Positions 47,544-57,095 of a stretch of 64,000 nt of DNA are shown here, in pieces; positions within the stretch are counted from its first letter, which is position 1, and each line of letters opens with the position of its first letter. A program made the position numbers and the translations under genes. The notes below the pieces were generated by a model, which saw only the letters and a list, made by a program, of their open reading frames with translations, did not search any database and was not told the origin of the DNA. The stretch is from an uncultured Bacteroidales bacterium (lineage in GTDB: Bacteria > Bacteroidota > Bacteroidia > Bacteroidales > JAGOPY01), in NCBI GenBank assembly GCA_964371595.1, contig CAYJNJ010000004.1, forward strand, positions 15,594 to 79,593, given 5' to 3'.

Positions 47544-48383
47544 ATGAAAAAAGAACTAATAGCCGAACTGTTGGAAAAGTTCGAAAATGCCTGCTATGTA
47601 TATCAGGGCATTGAGTGCTGGAGTGCGAGGGAATTACAAGTAATTCTCGGATACACAAAGTGGGACAATTTTTTTAAAGTACTGGAAAAAGCGAAAAATG
47701 CATGTAAAAATTCTGGGGTTTCGATTTCTGATCATTTTGCTGATACCGGGAAAATGATCAATTTAGCAAAAGGTGCTCAACGTGAAGTGATTGACTACAC
47801 ATTGACTCGTTATGCGTGCTATCTAATCGCTCAAAATGGAGACACTTCAAAACTTGAAATTGCTTTTGCACAGACCTATTTTGCTGTCCAAACCAGAAAG
47901 CAGGAAATAATCGAACAACGTCTTCTTGAAATTGCCAGGGTAACTGCACGGGAAAAATTAACCAAATCAGAGAAAAAGCTCTCCGGGATTATTTTCGAGA
48001 GAGGCGTCGATGAAAAAGGATTTGCATCAATCAGGAGTAAAGGAGACAAGGCACTATTTGGAGGGTTTTCAACTACTGACATGAAAAAAAAGCTAACTGT
48101 GCCTGATAACAGGCCTTTGGCTGATTTTTTACCGACGCTCACAATCAAAGCAAAAGATTTTGCAACTGAGTTGACCAGTCATAATGTAATTGAAAAGAAT
48201 TTAGATGGAGAAAATCAAATAACCGGTGAACACGTTGATAACAATAAGGCTGTAAGAAAGATGCTCGAAGAAAGAGGGGTTAAACCTGAATCACTTCCAC
48301 CGGCAGAAGATGTCAAAAAGGTGCAACGCAGATTTGAGGGTGATAAAAAGAAAATTATCAAAGAATTGAAAAAACAGAAATGA
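47544..48383 (+). CDS. dinD: DNA damage-inducible protein D
   Basis: [12 protein letters not shown]...HFADTGKM...[14 protein letters not shown]...[13 protein letters not shown] is collinear with E. coli DinD as I recall it. Confidence 0.7.
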   Translation: MKKELIAELLEKFENACYVYQGIECWSARELQVILGYTKWDNFFKVLEKAKNACKNSGVSISDHFADTGKMINLAKGAQREVIDYTLTRYACYLIAQNGDTSKLEIAFAQTYFAVQTRKQEIIEQRLLEIARVTAREKLTKSEKKLSGIIFERGVDEKGFASIRSKGDKALFGGFSTTDMKKKLTVPDNRPLADFLPTLTIKAKDFATELTSHNVIEKNLDGENQITGEHVDNNKAVRKMLEERGVKPESLPPAEDVKKVQRRFEGDKKKIIKELKKQK

Positions 48384-48412
48384 TAAATTCGAATATCGAA
48401 TATCGAATATCG

Positions 48413-51400
48413 TTACTTCTCAATCCACTCCCTCGCATTCACAAACGCCTCGATCCAGGGAGATACCTGGTCGGATTTCCGGTCGGCGGGGTAATAGGCC
48501 CAGTTCCAGGGATGGAGGGAGCGTTCCAGGTGCGGCATCATCACGAGGTGACGCCCGTCGTGCGAACAAATGGCGGCTGCGGCATAATCTGAACCGTTGG
48601 GATTGCCGGGATATTCGCTGTAGCTGAACTTCATCGGGATCTCATACTTGCCTTCTTCGTATGGCAGCTTAAACCGGCCTTCGCCATGCGCTACCCAAAT
48701 GCCCAGCCGAGTTCCGGCAAGACTTTTCAGCATAATGCTCTTGTTTTCCCTGACATCAACATCCAGGAAAATCGATTCAAACTTGCCGGAAGAATTGTGC
48801 AGCATTTTCGGCATATGGGCATGCTCGGGATAAACCAGCCCCAGTTCTACCATCACCTGGCAGCCGTTACAAACGCCAAGGCTTAGCGTATCGGGACGTG
48901 CATAGAATTTATCCAGCGCTTCCCTTGCTTTCGGATTGTATATGAATGCACCCGCCCAGCCTTTCGCCGAGCCCAGCACATCGCTGTTGGAAAATCCTCC
49001 CACGAAAACTATGAAATTGACATCCTCCAGGTTTTCACGGCCCGAAATGAGGTCGGTCATGTGAATGTCCTTCACGTCGAAACCGGCGAGGTGCATGCTC
49101 CAGGCCATTTCGCGGTCGCCATTCACGCCTTTTTCGCGAATAATAGCAGCCCGTATGCCGCTTTGGACCCTTCGAGAGGAATCTAAACCATACTGCCCTA
49201 AACTGCCGGTAAATGAAGAGGGGAAGTGGAAGGACAGTTCCTGCGATTTGTAATTTTTATACCGTAATCCGGCTAATTCAGGCCCGCATTGTTTGCGGTC
49301 GAGCAGGTAAGATGTCTTAAACCAGGTATCGCGTAGAGTGTTAAGGTTTAAGTTGTAAGTTTTAAGGTTGTGGGTGATAATAAATGATCCGTCATTTAAG
49401 GATTTGCCTATAATATGATAAGTGATGCCTGAATTTTCAAGCAGTTTCGCTACAATTTCACGGTCTTTCACCTGGATGATAACTCCGGGTTTTTCACTGA
49501 ATAATAGCTTAATGAGATCATTCTCACCGAAACCGTCAAGATTAACCTCCATCCCGGTATCGTTCCTTCCGAATGTCATTTCCAGCAGGGTAGTGATCAT
49601 CCCTCCGGCCGAAATATCATGACCTGCAAGCACCAAACCTTCGCGGATCAAGCTCTGCACCGTTTCAAAAGCCTTCGCAAAATATTCGGCATCGGGAACG
49701 CCGGGGACCTTCGTCCCGATGGCATTCAAAACCTGGGCAAAGCTACTGCCACCCAGATGGAATCCGTCGCGTGAAAAATCGATATAAATGATTTCACCAT
49801 CGACCGGTTGCAATACCGGTTCAACGATCTGCCTGATGTTTTCTACCTCACCAACCGCGGATATGATCACCGTTCCCGGGGCAAACACCTTCTGCCCGTC
49901 AGGATATTTCTGCGTCATGGAAAGGGAATCTTTGCCTGTCGGGATATTGATCCCAAGAAGGATGGCGAAATCGCTGATCTCTTTTGTGGCAGCATAGAGC
50001 CTGGCATCTTCACCGGGGTTCTTCGCAGGCCACATCCAGTTGGCGCTGAGGGATACCCCTTTCAATCCGTCGGCAATGGGTGCCCAGACCAGGTTGGTAA
50101 GCGCTTCGGCCACCGACAGCACCGAGCCTTTGCCCGGATCGGCAAGGGCTGCAACAGGCGCATGCCCGATGGAAGTGGCAATGCCTTTTATCCCCTGGTA
50201 GTCGATAGCTACAACGCCCAGGTTGTTAAGCGGGAGCTGGACAGACCCGGCACTTTGCTGTTTGGCAACACGGCCGGTAACGGAACGGTCGACCTTGTTG
50301 GTCAGCCAGTCTTTGCAGGCAACGGCCTCTAACTGGAGAACCTGCTCCAAATAATCCTGCAAAGACGCCGTATTATATTTCGGTTCCGCAAAATTTGCGG
50401 GTTCTGTTTTATCTATCAGCACTGTCTTCGGCGGCTTTCCGAACAAATAGGCCAGCTCGAGGTGCATGGGCTTTTCGCCTTTTTTATTGATGAATGAAAG
50501 GATATGATCGCCGGTGGTTTTACCCACAACATAAAGCGGCGCCCTTTCCCTTTCGGCAATGCGCTGCAGCAAAGGCAGGTCCTTTTCGTGGATGATGAGC
50601 CCCATGCGTTCCTGGGATTCATTGCCGATGATCTCTTTATCTGATAATGTAGGATCGCCGATCGGCAGTTTACTCATATCAAAGGTGCCGCCTGTGGCTT
50701 CGACCAGCTCTGACAGGCAGTTCAGGTGCCCGCCGGCGCCGTGGTCGTGGATGGAAACGACCGGGTTGGCACCCGATTCAGCCATGGCCCGGATGGCGTT
50801 GTAAACCCGTTTCTGCATCTCGGGGTTGGCGCGCTGCACGGCATTCAGCTCGATGGTATTTCCGTATTCGCCGGTAGCCACCGACGAAACTGCTCCTCCT
50901 CCCATTCCAATCCGGTAATTATCACCGCCAAGGACCACGATCAAATCACCGATACCCGGCTCATCTTTCAGGCTTTCTTCTAAAATCCCTGTCCCAATGC
51001 CTCCCGCTAACATGATCACTTTATCGTAACCATATGTCTTGCCGTTCTCTTTATGCTCAAATGTCAGAACACTGCCACAGATCAGGGGCTGTCCGAACTT
51101 ATTGCCAAAATCGCTGGCACCGTTGGAAGCTTTGATCAGGATCTCCTCCGGGGTCTGGTAGAGCCATTTGCGGGCCTCAGTATTTTCTTCCCAGGTCCTG
51201 CCCGGGGTAATCCTTGGGTAGGAGGTCATGTAGACGGCTGTACCCGCATAAGGAATGCTGGCCTTCCCGCCCGCCATCCTGTCGCGGATCTCTCCCCCGG
51301 TGCCTGTCGCAGCGCCATTGAAAGGCTCAACGGTAGTCGGGAAATTATGGGTCTCAGCTTTCAGGGAGATGACGGAATTGATATCCCGGATGCGGAAAAA

Positions 51401-52090
51401 ATCGGCCTTATCCTGGGTGAACGGCGCAAATTCCTCGGCAACCGGGCCTTTCACAAAGGCTACATTATCTTTATAAGCTGAAATCAGCCGGTTAGGATGG
51501 GTTGCAGATGTTTTTTTGATGAGAGAAAAGAGGGATTCAGGCTGTTCTTTCCCGTCGATATTAAAAGTGCCGTTGAATATCTTATGGCGGCAGTGCTCCG
51601 AATTGACCTGGGCAAAGCCGTACACTTCGCTGTCGGTAAGGTTTCTTCCTGATTTTTTCGCAACCTCAAGCAGGTAATCCACTTCATCATCGCTCAGGGC
51701 AAGGCCTTCCTGCTTATTATAACTTTTAATATCTTCAATAAAGATGATGGGTTCGGGCTTATGTTCTATCGTGAAAATATGCTGGTCCAATCCCTTGTAA
51801 AGCCTTTGCAGCATAGGATCGAAGGCAGAATCCCTTTCTGCAGGGAAAAATTCCTCGATCCGTTCTATGCCCTGTATACCCATATTCTGGGTGATCTCAA
51901 CGGCATTGGTGCTCCATGGGGTGATCATTTCTTTTCGGGGACCGATAAAAGATCCCGGGATATGGTCCCACAAGGCTATGGAAGCGTCATTGAAAAGCCA
52001 GGCCAGTTTCTCCAGGTCTTTTTTAGCAAGATGTTCCTGGCAGCCAACGGCATAAATAACGGAATGGTTGTTCTGATAAAAAATGACCAT
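48413..52090 (-). CDS. purL: Phosphoribosylformylglycinamidine synthase, single-chain large PurL
   Basis: 1225 aa. It has the FGAM synthetase core followed by the C-terminal glutamine amidotransferase (LGVCNGCQ and HGEG motifs). Confidence 0.95.
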   Translation of the reverse strand: MVIFYQNNHSVIYAVGCQEHLAKKDLEKLAWLFNDASIALWDHIPGSFIGPRKEMITPWSTNAVEITQNMGIQGIERIEEFFPAERDSAFDPMLQRLYKGLDQHIFTIEHKPEPIIFIEDIKSYNKQEGLALSDDEVDYLLEVAKKSGRNLTDSEVYGFAQVNSEHCRHKIFNGTFNIDGKEQPESLFSLIKKTSATHPNRLISAYKDNVAFVKGPVAEEFAPFTQDKADFFRIRDINSVISLKAETHNFPTTVEPFNGAATGTGGEIRDRMAGGKASIPYAGTAVYMTSYPRITPGRTWEENTEARKWLYQTPEEILIKASNGASDFGNKFGQPLICGSVLTFEHKENGKTYGYDKVIMLAGGIGTGILEESLKDEPGIGDLIVVLGGDNYRIGMGGGAVSSVATGEYGNTIELNAVQRANPEMQKRVYNAIRAMAESGANPVVSIHDHGAGGHLNCLSELVEATGGTFDMSKLPIGDPTLSDKEIIGNESQERMGLIIHEKDLPLLQRIAERERAPLYVVGKTTGDHILSFINKKGEKPMHLELAYLFGKPPKTVLIDKTEPANFAEPKYNTASLQDYLEQVLQLEAVACKDWLTNKVDRSVTGRVAKQQSAGSVQLPLNNLGVVAIDYQGIKGIATSIGHAPVAALADPGKGSVLSVAEALTNLVWAPIADGLKGVSLSANWMWPAKNPGEDARLYAATKEISDFAILLGINIPTGKDSLSMTQKYPDGQKVFAPGTVIISAVGEVENIRQIVEPVLQPVDGEIIYIDFSRDGFHLGGSSFAQVLNAIGTKVPGVPDAEYFAKAFETVQSLIREGLVLAGHDISAGGMITTLLEMTFGRNDTGMEVNLDGFGENDLIKLLFSEKPGVIIQVKDREIVAKLLENSGITYHIIGKSLNDGSFIITHNLKTYNLNLNTLRDTWFKTSYLLDRKQCGPELAGLRYKNYKSQELSFHFPSSFTGSLGQYGLDSSRRVQSGIRAAIIREKGVNGDREMAWSMHLAGFDVKDIHMTDLISGRENLEDVNFIVFVGGFSNSDVLGSAKGWAGAFIYNPKAREALDKFYARPDTLSLGVCNGCQVMVELGLVYPEHAHMPKMLHNSSGKFESIFLDVDVRENKSIMLKSLAGTRLGIWVAHGEGRFKLPYEEGKYEIPMKFSYSEYPGNPNGSDYAAAAICSHDGRHLVMMPHLERSLHPWNWAYYPADRKSDQVSPWIEAFVNAREWIEK

Positions 52091-52109
52091 AGGGTTTGTT
52101 TTTAAAGGA

Positions 52110-53048
52110 TCACTTCTTCTTTTTAAGTTTCTGCAGGTTTTCCCTGGAAATACCGAATTTTTCCTCGGTTGCGTCGTCGCCGACAGGTTCTGTATGAACT
52201 ATCACATCGTAAACATCCCTGAGCTCGGCCCGGATTTCCTCCTCGACCTGGTGTGCAAGGAAATGTGCTTTGTTAACGGAAATATCGCCATCCACTTCCA
52301 CATCCACGGCAACCATATAGCGGTGGCCAATTTTCCGGACCCTGGCACGGTGCGGGTTGTGTGCGCCCTCTACTTTTAATATCGCTGAAAAAATCCTGTC
52401 ATAGACGGTTTCATCTTCAACGCCATCCATCAGCTCAAGGCTCGATTCGCGGAAAATGCGGAAAGCCACGAACATGATCCAGACACTGACGGCCAGTGCC
52501 GTAATCGTATCAAAAACGGGCATCTTAAGGGTGAATGTGAAGAAAAGCCCGACCAGTACTGCCATTGAGATGATCACATCGCCAAGCATGTTGCGGCCAT
52601 TGGCCTGGAGCATAAGGCTACCGGTCTTTTTCCCGATCTTTTGCTGGTACCAGGCCAGGAAAAGCTTCCCAAATATTGAAAAGATGGTCACATAAATAGC
52701 CAGCAATGAAGGAATTTCCCGTGACAGGCCTTCTGTTAAGCGGTGAATTGTTGAAATGGCAAGTTGTGCCCCGGCAAAGAAAATGATAAATGAAAGGACT
52801 TTGGATGCGATCGTGTCGGCCCTTTCGTAGCCATAGGCAAATTTCAGGTTTGGCGGACGCGAAATCACAAAGGCGGTAAAAAGGGTAATGACAGAAGCTA
52901 CAATGTCGCCGGCGGAATCAATACCGTCGGCTACTACTGCAAGACTGCCAGCCAGTATACCTATAACTATTTTGAGCACCGCGAGGAGGGCATTCCCTCC
53001 GATGCTTACCCAGGAGGCCCGAACGATCAGCTTCTCCCGGTTTTCCAT
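52110..53048 (-). CDS. Cation diffusion facilitator family transporter
   Basis: It has six TM helices, LAVVADGIDSAGD (HD/DD metal site region) and a cytoplasmic C-domain. Confidence 0.85.
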   Translation of the reverse strand: MENREKLIVRASWVSIGGNALLAVLKIVIGILAGSLAVVADGIDSAGDIVASVITLFTAFVISRPPNLKFAYGYERADTIASKVLSFIIFFAGAQLAISTIHRLTEGLSREIPSLLAIYVTIFSIFGKLFLAWYQQKIGKKTGSLMLQANGRNMLGDVIISMAVLVGLFFTFTLKMPVFDTITALAVSVWIMFVAFRIFRESSLELMDGVEDETVYDRIFSAILKVEGAHNPHRARVRKIGHRYMVAVDVEVDGDISVNKAHFLAHQVEEEIRAELRDVYDVIVHTEPVGDDATEEKFGISRENLQKLKKKK

Positions 53049-53049
53049 G

Positions 53050-54003
53050 CTATTCCTGTGCTGCCAGGAAACGTTCTGCCTCCAATGCGGCCATACAGCC
53101 GCTGCCTGCAGCGGTCACCGCCTGGCGGAATTTCCAGTCCTGTACGTCACCGCAGGCAAATACGCCAGGGACGTTGGTTTCAGTGGAATCGGGCTTTGTT
53201 ATGAGGTACCCGACTTCATTCATATCGAGGACGCCGGTAAACAGGTCCGAATTCGGCTTATGGCCAATGGCGGAAAAATATCCGTCAACTTCGAGATTTG
53301 TTTGTTCCCCGGTTTTAACATTTTCAATAATAACCCCTGTAACGGCTTTATTGAATCCTTCTTCCGTCCCTACAATTTCTTTCACCACATGGTTCCAGTG
53401 GAGAACGATATTCGGTGTATTGGCAACCCTGTGCTGCATGGCCTTGGAGGCACGCAGTTCATCACGGCGGTGCACCAGGTGGACAGTGCGGCAAAGCTTG
53501 GCGAGGTAAGAGGCTTCTTCGGCAGCCGTATCGCCGCCTCCGACAATCGCCACATCCTTTCCGCGGTAGAAGAACCCGTCGCAGGTAGCGCAGGCTGAAA
53601 CGCCGGCTCCCATGAAGCGTTCTTCAGATTCCAGTCCCAGGTACTTGGCCGTTGCGCCTGTTGCAATGATCAGCGTATCGGCCTCCATGGTCTTACCATC
53701 ATCAGCCTTAACTTTGAACGGCCTTTTGGAAAGATCAACCTCGGTCACAATCCCGAAGCGGACATCTGTACCGAACCTGGCAGCCTGTTTCTTCAGGTCT
53801 TCCATCATCTGCGGTCCCATGATCCCGTCGGGGTAACCCGGGAAATTCTCAACATCAGTGGTTGTGGTTAATTGTCCTCCCGGCTGGATGCCTTCGTAAA
53901 TAACAGGATGAAGATCAGCGCGAGCGGCATAAATTGCGGCGGTATAACCGGCAGGTCCCGATCCAACGATCAGGCAATGAACGTGTTCTATATTTTCACT
54001 CAT
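53050..54003 (-). CDS. trxB: Thioredoxin-disulfide reductase
   Basis: It has GSGPAGYTAAIYAAR, the redox-active CATCDG, GGGDTAAEEA, and GVFACGDV. Confidence 0.95.
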   Translation of the reverse strand: MSENIEHVHCLIVGSGPAGYTAAIYAARADLHPVIYEGIQPGGQLTTTTDVENFPGYPDGIMGPQMMEDLKKQAARFGTDVRFGIVTEVDLSKRPFKVKADDGKTMEADTLIIATGATAKYLGLESEERFMGAGVSACATCDGFFYRGKDVAIVGGGDTAAEEASYLAKLCRTVHLVHRRDELRASKAMQHRVANTPNIVLHWNHVVKEIVGTEEGFNKAVTGVIIENVKTGEQTNLEVDGYFSAIGHKPNSDLFTGVLDMNEVGYLITKPDSTETNVPGVFACGDVQDWKFRQAVTAAGSGCMAALEAERFLAAQE

Positions 54004-54031
54004 GTGTTTGGTTTGTTTGCATTTGAAAGCG

Positions 54032-54039
54032 CAAAGCTA
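54032..54039 (-). promoter_or_regulatory. -7 promoter box TAGCTTTG upstream of trxB
   Basis: TAnnTTTG on the minus strand, 29 nt upstream of the ATG at 54003. Confidence 0.4.
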
Positions 54040-54046
54040 AGAAAAA

Positions 54047-54176
54047 GTCATCAGTCTTCAGTCGTCAGTCGTCAGTGAAAAACTTCTTTTCGAAAACTTG
54101 GTCAGTAAAAATATAATGTACATTGATTGATGACTGAAGACTGACGACTGACGACTGAAGACTGACGACTGATGAC
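54047..54176. repeat. Hairpin of heptamer words: (GTCnTCA)x4 facing (TGAnGAC)x7 across a 50-nt spacer
   Basis: The left arm GTCATCAGTCTTCAGTCGTCAGTCGTCAGTG spans 54047-54077. The right arm TGATGAC TGAAGAC TGACGAC TGACGAC TGAAGAC TGACGAC TGATGAC spans 54128-54176. Confidence 0.9.
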
Positions 54177-54183
54177 AATTACA

Positions 54184-54191
54184 TATATTTG
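54184..54191 (+). promoter_or_regulatory. -7-like box TATATTTG immediately upstream of 54196 ATG
   Basis: It matches TAnnTTTG but lies only 4 nt before the ATG. Either the mRNA is leaderless or this is not the functional promoter. Confidence 0.25.
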
Positions 54192-54195
54192 CATC

Positions 54196-54531
54196 ATGGC
54201 AGAAAAATCTAACAACTGGACCGACAAACTGAAAACCCGCTGGGGGATCACCTCCACTTTCCAGGTGATCATCATACTGGTGGTTTTTGCCTGCACGGGT
54301 TTTACCGTACTTTATGTTGAAGAGGTCATTTTCAAAATGCTGGGTATCAGTGATGTGAAAAGCTGGTGGATGGCATTTCTGCTATTCATCCTTATCACCT
54401 TACCACTTTATAACCTAATCCTGCTTATTTACGGTTTTATTTTCGGCCAGTTCAACTTTTTCATCAATTTTGAAAAGCGTTTTTTGAGCCGGATGATCAA
54501 GCCATTCAGAAAAAAATCATCAAAATCATGA
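54196..54531 (+). CDS. Small membrane protein, unknown function
   Basis: It has two or three TM helices (FQVIIILVVFACTGFTVLYV; WWMAFLLFILITLPLYNLILLIYGFIF). The start could instead be the ATG at 54172, inside the repeat arm. Confidence 0.5.
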   Translation: MAEKSNNWTDKLKTRWGITSTFQVIIILVVFACTGFTVLYVEEVIFKMLGISDVKSWWMAFLLFILITLPLYNLILLIYGFIFGQFNFFINFEKRFLSRMIKPFRKKSSKS

Positions 54532-54914
54532 AAATCATACTCCGTCTCCTTGTTTATACCTGTGCGGTGCTGATCACAGCCTGGCTGCTGCCGGGTGTGT
54601 CGGTTGAAAATTTCACCACCGCAATCATGGTGGCTATCGCAATGGCCATTCTGAATACTTTTATCAGGCCGGTCCTGATTTTCCTCACCATCCCGGTTAC
54701 GATCGTCACCCTGGGCCTTTTCCTGCTTGTCATCAACGCCCTGATCATCCTTCTCATCGGCAAAATCGTGCCCGGTTTCGTGGTTGATGGTTTTTGGTGG
54801 GCTTTGCTCTTCAGCGTGATCCTTAGCATCATCGCTTCTCTTTTCGGAACCAGTTCAACAACTATTGTAAGACGCCACGAACATGAAAAACCGACCGATA
54901 CTTTCCAGTCCTGA
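54528..54914 (+). CDS. Phage-holin-4_2 / YvlD-like membrane protein
   Basis: 128 aa with four TM helices. LLPGV...ALNTFIRPVLIFLTIPVTIVTLGLFLLVINALIILL is typical of the family. There is a 4-nt overlap with the previous gene. Confidence 0.6.
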   Translation: MKIILRLLVYTCAVLITAWLLPGVSVENFTTAIMVAIAMAILNTFIRPVLIFLTIPVTIVTLGLFLLVINALIILLIGKIVPGFVVDGFWWALLFSVILSIIASLFGTSSTTIVRRHEHEKPTDTFQS

Positions 54915-55344
54915 AATTGAAGCCATTATAAGAAAATGCCTGATCTGCAATATTGCCATGATCGACCCGGAAGGCAAGCCTTATGTTATCCCGATGAACT
55001 TTGGCTTCGACGGGGAATACCTGTATTTCCACGGTAGTGCGAAAGGCAAAAAAGCCGATGTGCTGAAGAATAACCAGAATGTCTGCATTTCGTTCAGTAC
55101 CGATCATGAATTGCGGTATGTGAATGAAGAGGTGGCCTGCAGCTGGAGCATGCGTTATCGCAGTGTCATTGCGTATGGGAAAGCTGAATTTGTTGAAGAT
55201 TTTGATGAAAAGGTCAAATGCCTGAATGTGGTTATGGCGCATTACACCGACCGGCCATTTGAGTACAATGCCCCTTCAATTAAGGAAGTGATGGTTTTCA
55301 GGGTGAAGGCGGAGAAGATGGATGGAAGGGTTTATGGGTATTAG
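54883..55344 (+). CDS. Pyridoxamine 5'-phosphate oxidase family protein (NimA-like fold)
   Basis: 153 aa. CNIAMIDPEGKPYVIPMNFGFDGEYLYFHGSAKGKK is the typical split-barrel N-terminal pattern. Confidence 0.7.
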   Translation: MKNRPILSSPEIEAIIRKCLICNIAMIDPEGKPYVIPMNFGFDGEYLYFHGSAKGKKADVLKNNQNVCISFSTDHELRYVNEEVACSWSMRYRSVIAYGKAEFVEDFDEKVKCLNVVMAHYTDRPFEYNAPSIKEVMVFRVKAEKMDGRVYGY

Positions 55345-55440
55345 TGGTGAGGTGGTGGAGTGGTGGAGTGGTGAGGCGGTGAGGTTTTGAGGTTTTGAAG
55401 ATATCCGTGAAAATCCGTAAAATCCGTGTTATCCGTGTGC
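55344..55440. repeat. Three consecutive tandem word arrays: GGTGGTGAG-like, GGTTTTGA x2, ATCCGTG x4
   Basis: The sequence is TAGTGGTGAGGTGGTGGAGTGGTGGAGTGGTGAGGCGGTGAGGTTTTGAGGTTTTGAAGATATCCGTGAAAATCCGTAAAATCCGTGTTATCCGTGTGC. It fills the convergent gap between 55344 and 55443. Confidence 0.85.
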
Positions 55441-55442
55441 CG

Positions 55443-56015
55443 TTATCTGCTGGATAATCGCTTAAAAATATAATCTGCAACCAGAAAGATTGCTGCTCCT
55501 AGCCCGGCGCCCCAGATGCCGCCGACAATGACATCGCCCGGGTAATGAACTCCCAGGTAAATCCGGCTGTAACAAAGTAATAATGCCCATAACATTACGA
55601 GAAGTGTAAAGTACTTTATTTTCTTCCCCAACAATAAAGAAAGATAAGTGGCCAATGCAAAGGAATTCACTGCATGAGACGAAATAAAGCCATATTGTCC
55701 TCCGCAGCGGTCATTTACCAGGTGGACCATTCCGGCAAGTGATGGCTCATGGCAGGGCCTCAGCCGTAAAAAGACATTTTTAAAAAGATGTACCGATGTC
55801 AGGTCGCTCAGGACGATCAGTAATCCTGCCATGATTATCAATATCCAGGCACGTTTTCCGTACTGTCTTGCAAGAAGATAGGCGAAGAAAACATACAAAG
55901 GGATCCAGATCAGGCGCTGTGATGCCCAGTACATGATGAAATCAAAAAACGCGGAATGTGCGCCGTTGATAGCGAGAAACAGACCGGTATCGATGGATTT
56001 AAGGGATTCCAGCAT
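55443..56015 (-). CDS. PAP2 family phosphatase (undecaprenyl-diphosphatase-like)
   Basis: It has the PAP2 motifs KNVFLRLRP, SFISSHA and SRIYLGVHYPGDV. Confidence 0.8.
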   Translation of the reverse strand: MLESLKSIDTGLFLAINGAHSAFFDFIMYWASQRLIWIPLYVFFAYLLARQYGKRAWILIIMAGLLIVLSDLTSVHLFKNVFLRLRPCHEPSLAGMVHLVNDRCGGQYGFISSHAVNSFALATYLSLLLGKKIKYFTLLVMLWALLLCYSRIYLGVHYPGDVIVGGIWGAGLGAAIFLVADYIFKRLSSR

Positions 56016-56025
56016 GGCAATCAGA

Positions 56026-57027
56026 TCAAGCTAACTCGGAAAGGTTCAGTTCGTTCCAGATCAAATCCTTCAGTTTAAGAATGCCTTCCCCGGTAACGGA
56101 AGAAATGAAGACGGTCTTTATTTTCGGCAGCTCGAGTTTCATTTCCGATTTCAGTTCGGCGTCGAGCAGGTCGGACTTGGAAACAGCCAGCAGCCTTGGT
56201 TTGTCGAGCAGTTCGGGATTATACTCCTTCAGTTCATTGAGAAGTATCTTGTATTCTTTCCGGATATCTTTCGAATCGGCGGGAATAAGAAACAGCAATA
56301 AAGAATTTCGTTCGATATGCCGTAAAAAGCGCAGCCCTAATCCCCGGCCTTCGCTTGCCCCTTCGATGATCCCGGGGATATCGGCCATAACGAATGAAGC
56401 TCCGTCGCGATAGGAAACGATGCCCAGGTTCGGCGTCAGGGTGGTAAACGGATAATCGGCAATTTCGGGTTTAGCGGCAGAAACGACTGAAAGCAGGGTG
56501 GATTTCCCGGCATTGGGAAAGCCCACCAGCCCGACGTCGGCCAGTATTTTCAGCTCAAGGATGACCCAGCCTTCCTGTCCGGGTTCACCGGGCTGTGCGA
56601 AACGAGGCGTCTGGTGCGTTGAAGTCTTGAAATGATCGTTGCCAAGTCCACCCCTTCCACCCGGCATGAGTATCTTTTTCTCGTCATGCTCAGTGATCTC
56701 GAAGAGTATCTCGTCAGAATCGGCCATCTTTGCCACTGTGCCAAGGGGGACCTCGATGATCTTATCTTCACCGAAAGCGCCGGTGCTGAGCGATTTGCCC
56801 CCAACTCCCCCATTGGTGGCCTTCAGGTGCTTGGTGAATTTGAGATGAAGCAGCGTCCAGAGGTGGCGGTTGCCTTTGAGGATGATATGCCCGCCGCGGC
56901 CGCCGTCACCGCCGTCAGGACCGCCCTTTGGGATGTACTTGGCCCTGTTGAGATGTCTCGAACCGGCGCCACCTTTTCCGGACTGGCAGTGTATCTTGAC
57001 GTAATCGACGAAATTTGGGGAGGACAT
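56026..57027 (-). CDS. obg: GTPase ObgE/CgtA
   Basis: It has the Obg fold N-terminus ([18 protein letters not shown], glycine-rich [12 protein letters not shown]) and the G-domain motifs [13 protein letters not shown] and SKSD. Confidence 0.95.
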   Translation of the reverse strand: MSSPNFVDYVKIHCQSGKGGAGSRHLNRAKYIPKGGPDGGDGGRGGHIILKGNRHLWTLLHLKFTKHLKATNGGVGGKSLSTGAFGEDKIIEVPLGTVAKMADSDEILFEITEHDEKKILMPGGRGGLGNDHFKTSTHQTPRFAQPGEPGQEGWVILELKILADVGLVGFPNAGKSTLLSVVSAAKPEIADYPFTTLTPNLGIVSYRDGASFVMADIPGIIEGASEGRGLGLRFLRHIERNSLLLFLIPADSKDIRKEYKILLNELKEYNPELLDKPRLLAVSKSDLLDAELKSEMKLELPKIKTVFISSVTGEGILKLKDLIWNELNLSELA

Positions 57028-57044
57028 TATTGGTTTTTTAACTA

Positions 57045-57092
57045 TTTCGCAAAGTTAAGCAGAGTTTCGCAGAGTTTCGCGGAGAAGTTAAA
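57045..57092. repeat. Left 48-nt arm (TTTCGCAGAG words) of the inverted repeat bracketing the GxxExxY gene
   Basis: TTTCGCAAAGTTAAGCAGAGTTTCGCAGAGTTTCGCGGAGAAGTTAAA pairs imperfectly with the reverse complement of 57529-57576 (TTTCGCAGAGTTGCGCAAAGTTTTCGCAGAGGTACGCAGAGGTTTAAA). Confidence 0.85.
57050..57057 (-). promoter_or_regulatory. -7 promoter box TAACTTTG upstream of obg (inside the repeat arm)
   Basis: TAnnTTTG on the minus strand, 23 nt upstream of the obg ATG. The 13-mer TTCGCAAAGTTAA is shared with the hpt upstream region. Confidence 0.45.
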
Positions 57093-57095
57093 TCA

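Noticed and set aside
49335-49375. There is a word-like tract, GTTAAGGTTTAAGTTGTAAGTTTTAAGGTTGTGGGTG, inside purL. It encodes HNLKTYNLNLNTL on the minus strand and is reminiscent of the TTAAAC/TTAACAC words at 58290-58330.
   Set aside because: The protein segment has about the length I recall for this variable PurL linker in homologues, so no insertion is evident. The periodicity is weak, and it could be chance in an Asn/Leu/Lys/Thr-rich loop.
54528-54914. I considered the holin-family (PF04020-like) membrane protein as evidence of a phage lysis cassette.
   Set aside because: No endolysin or spanin lies adjacent. The gene is translationally coupled to small membrane and PNPOx-family genes, and this family is widespread as a chromosomal YvlD-like protein.
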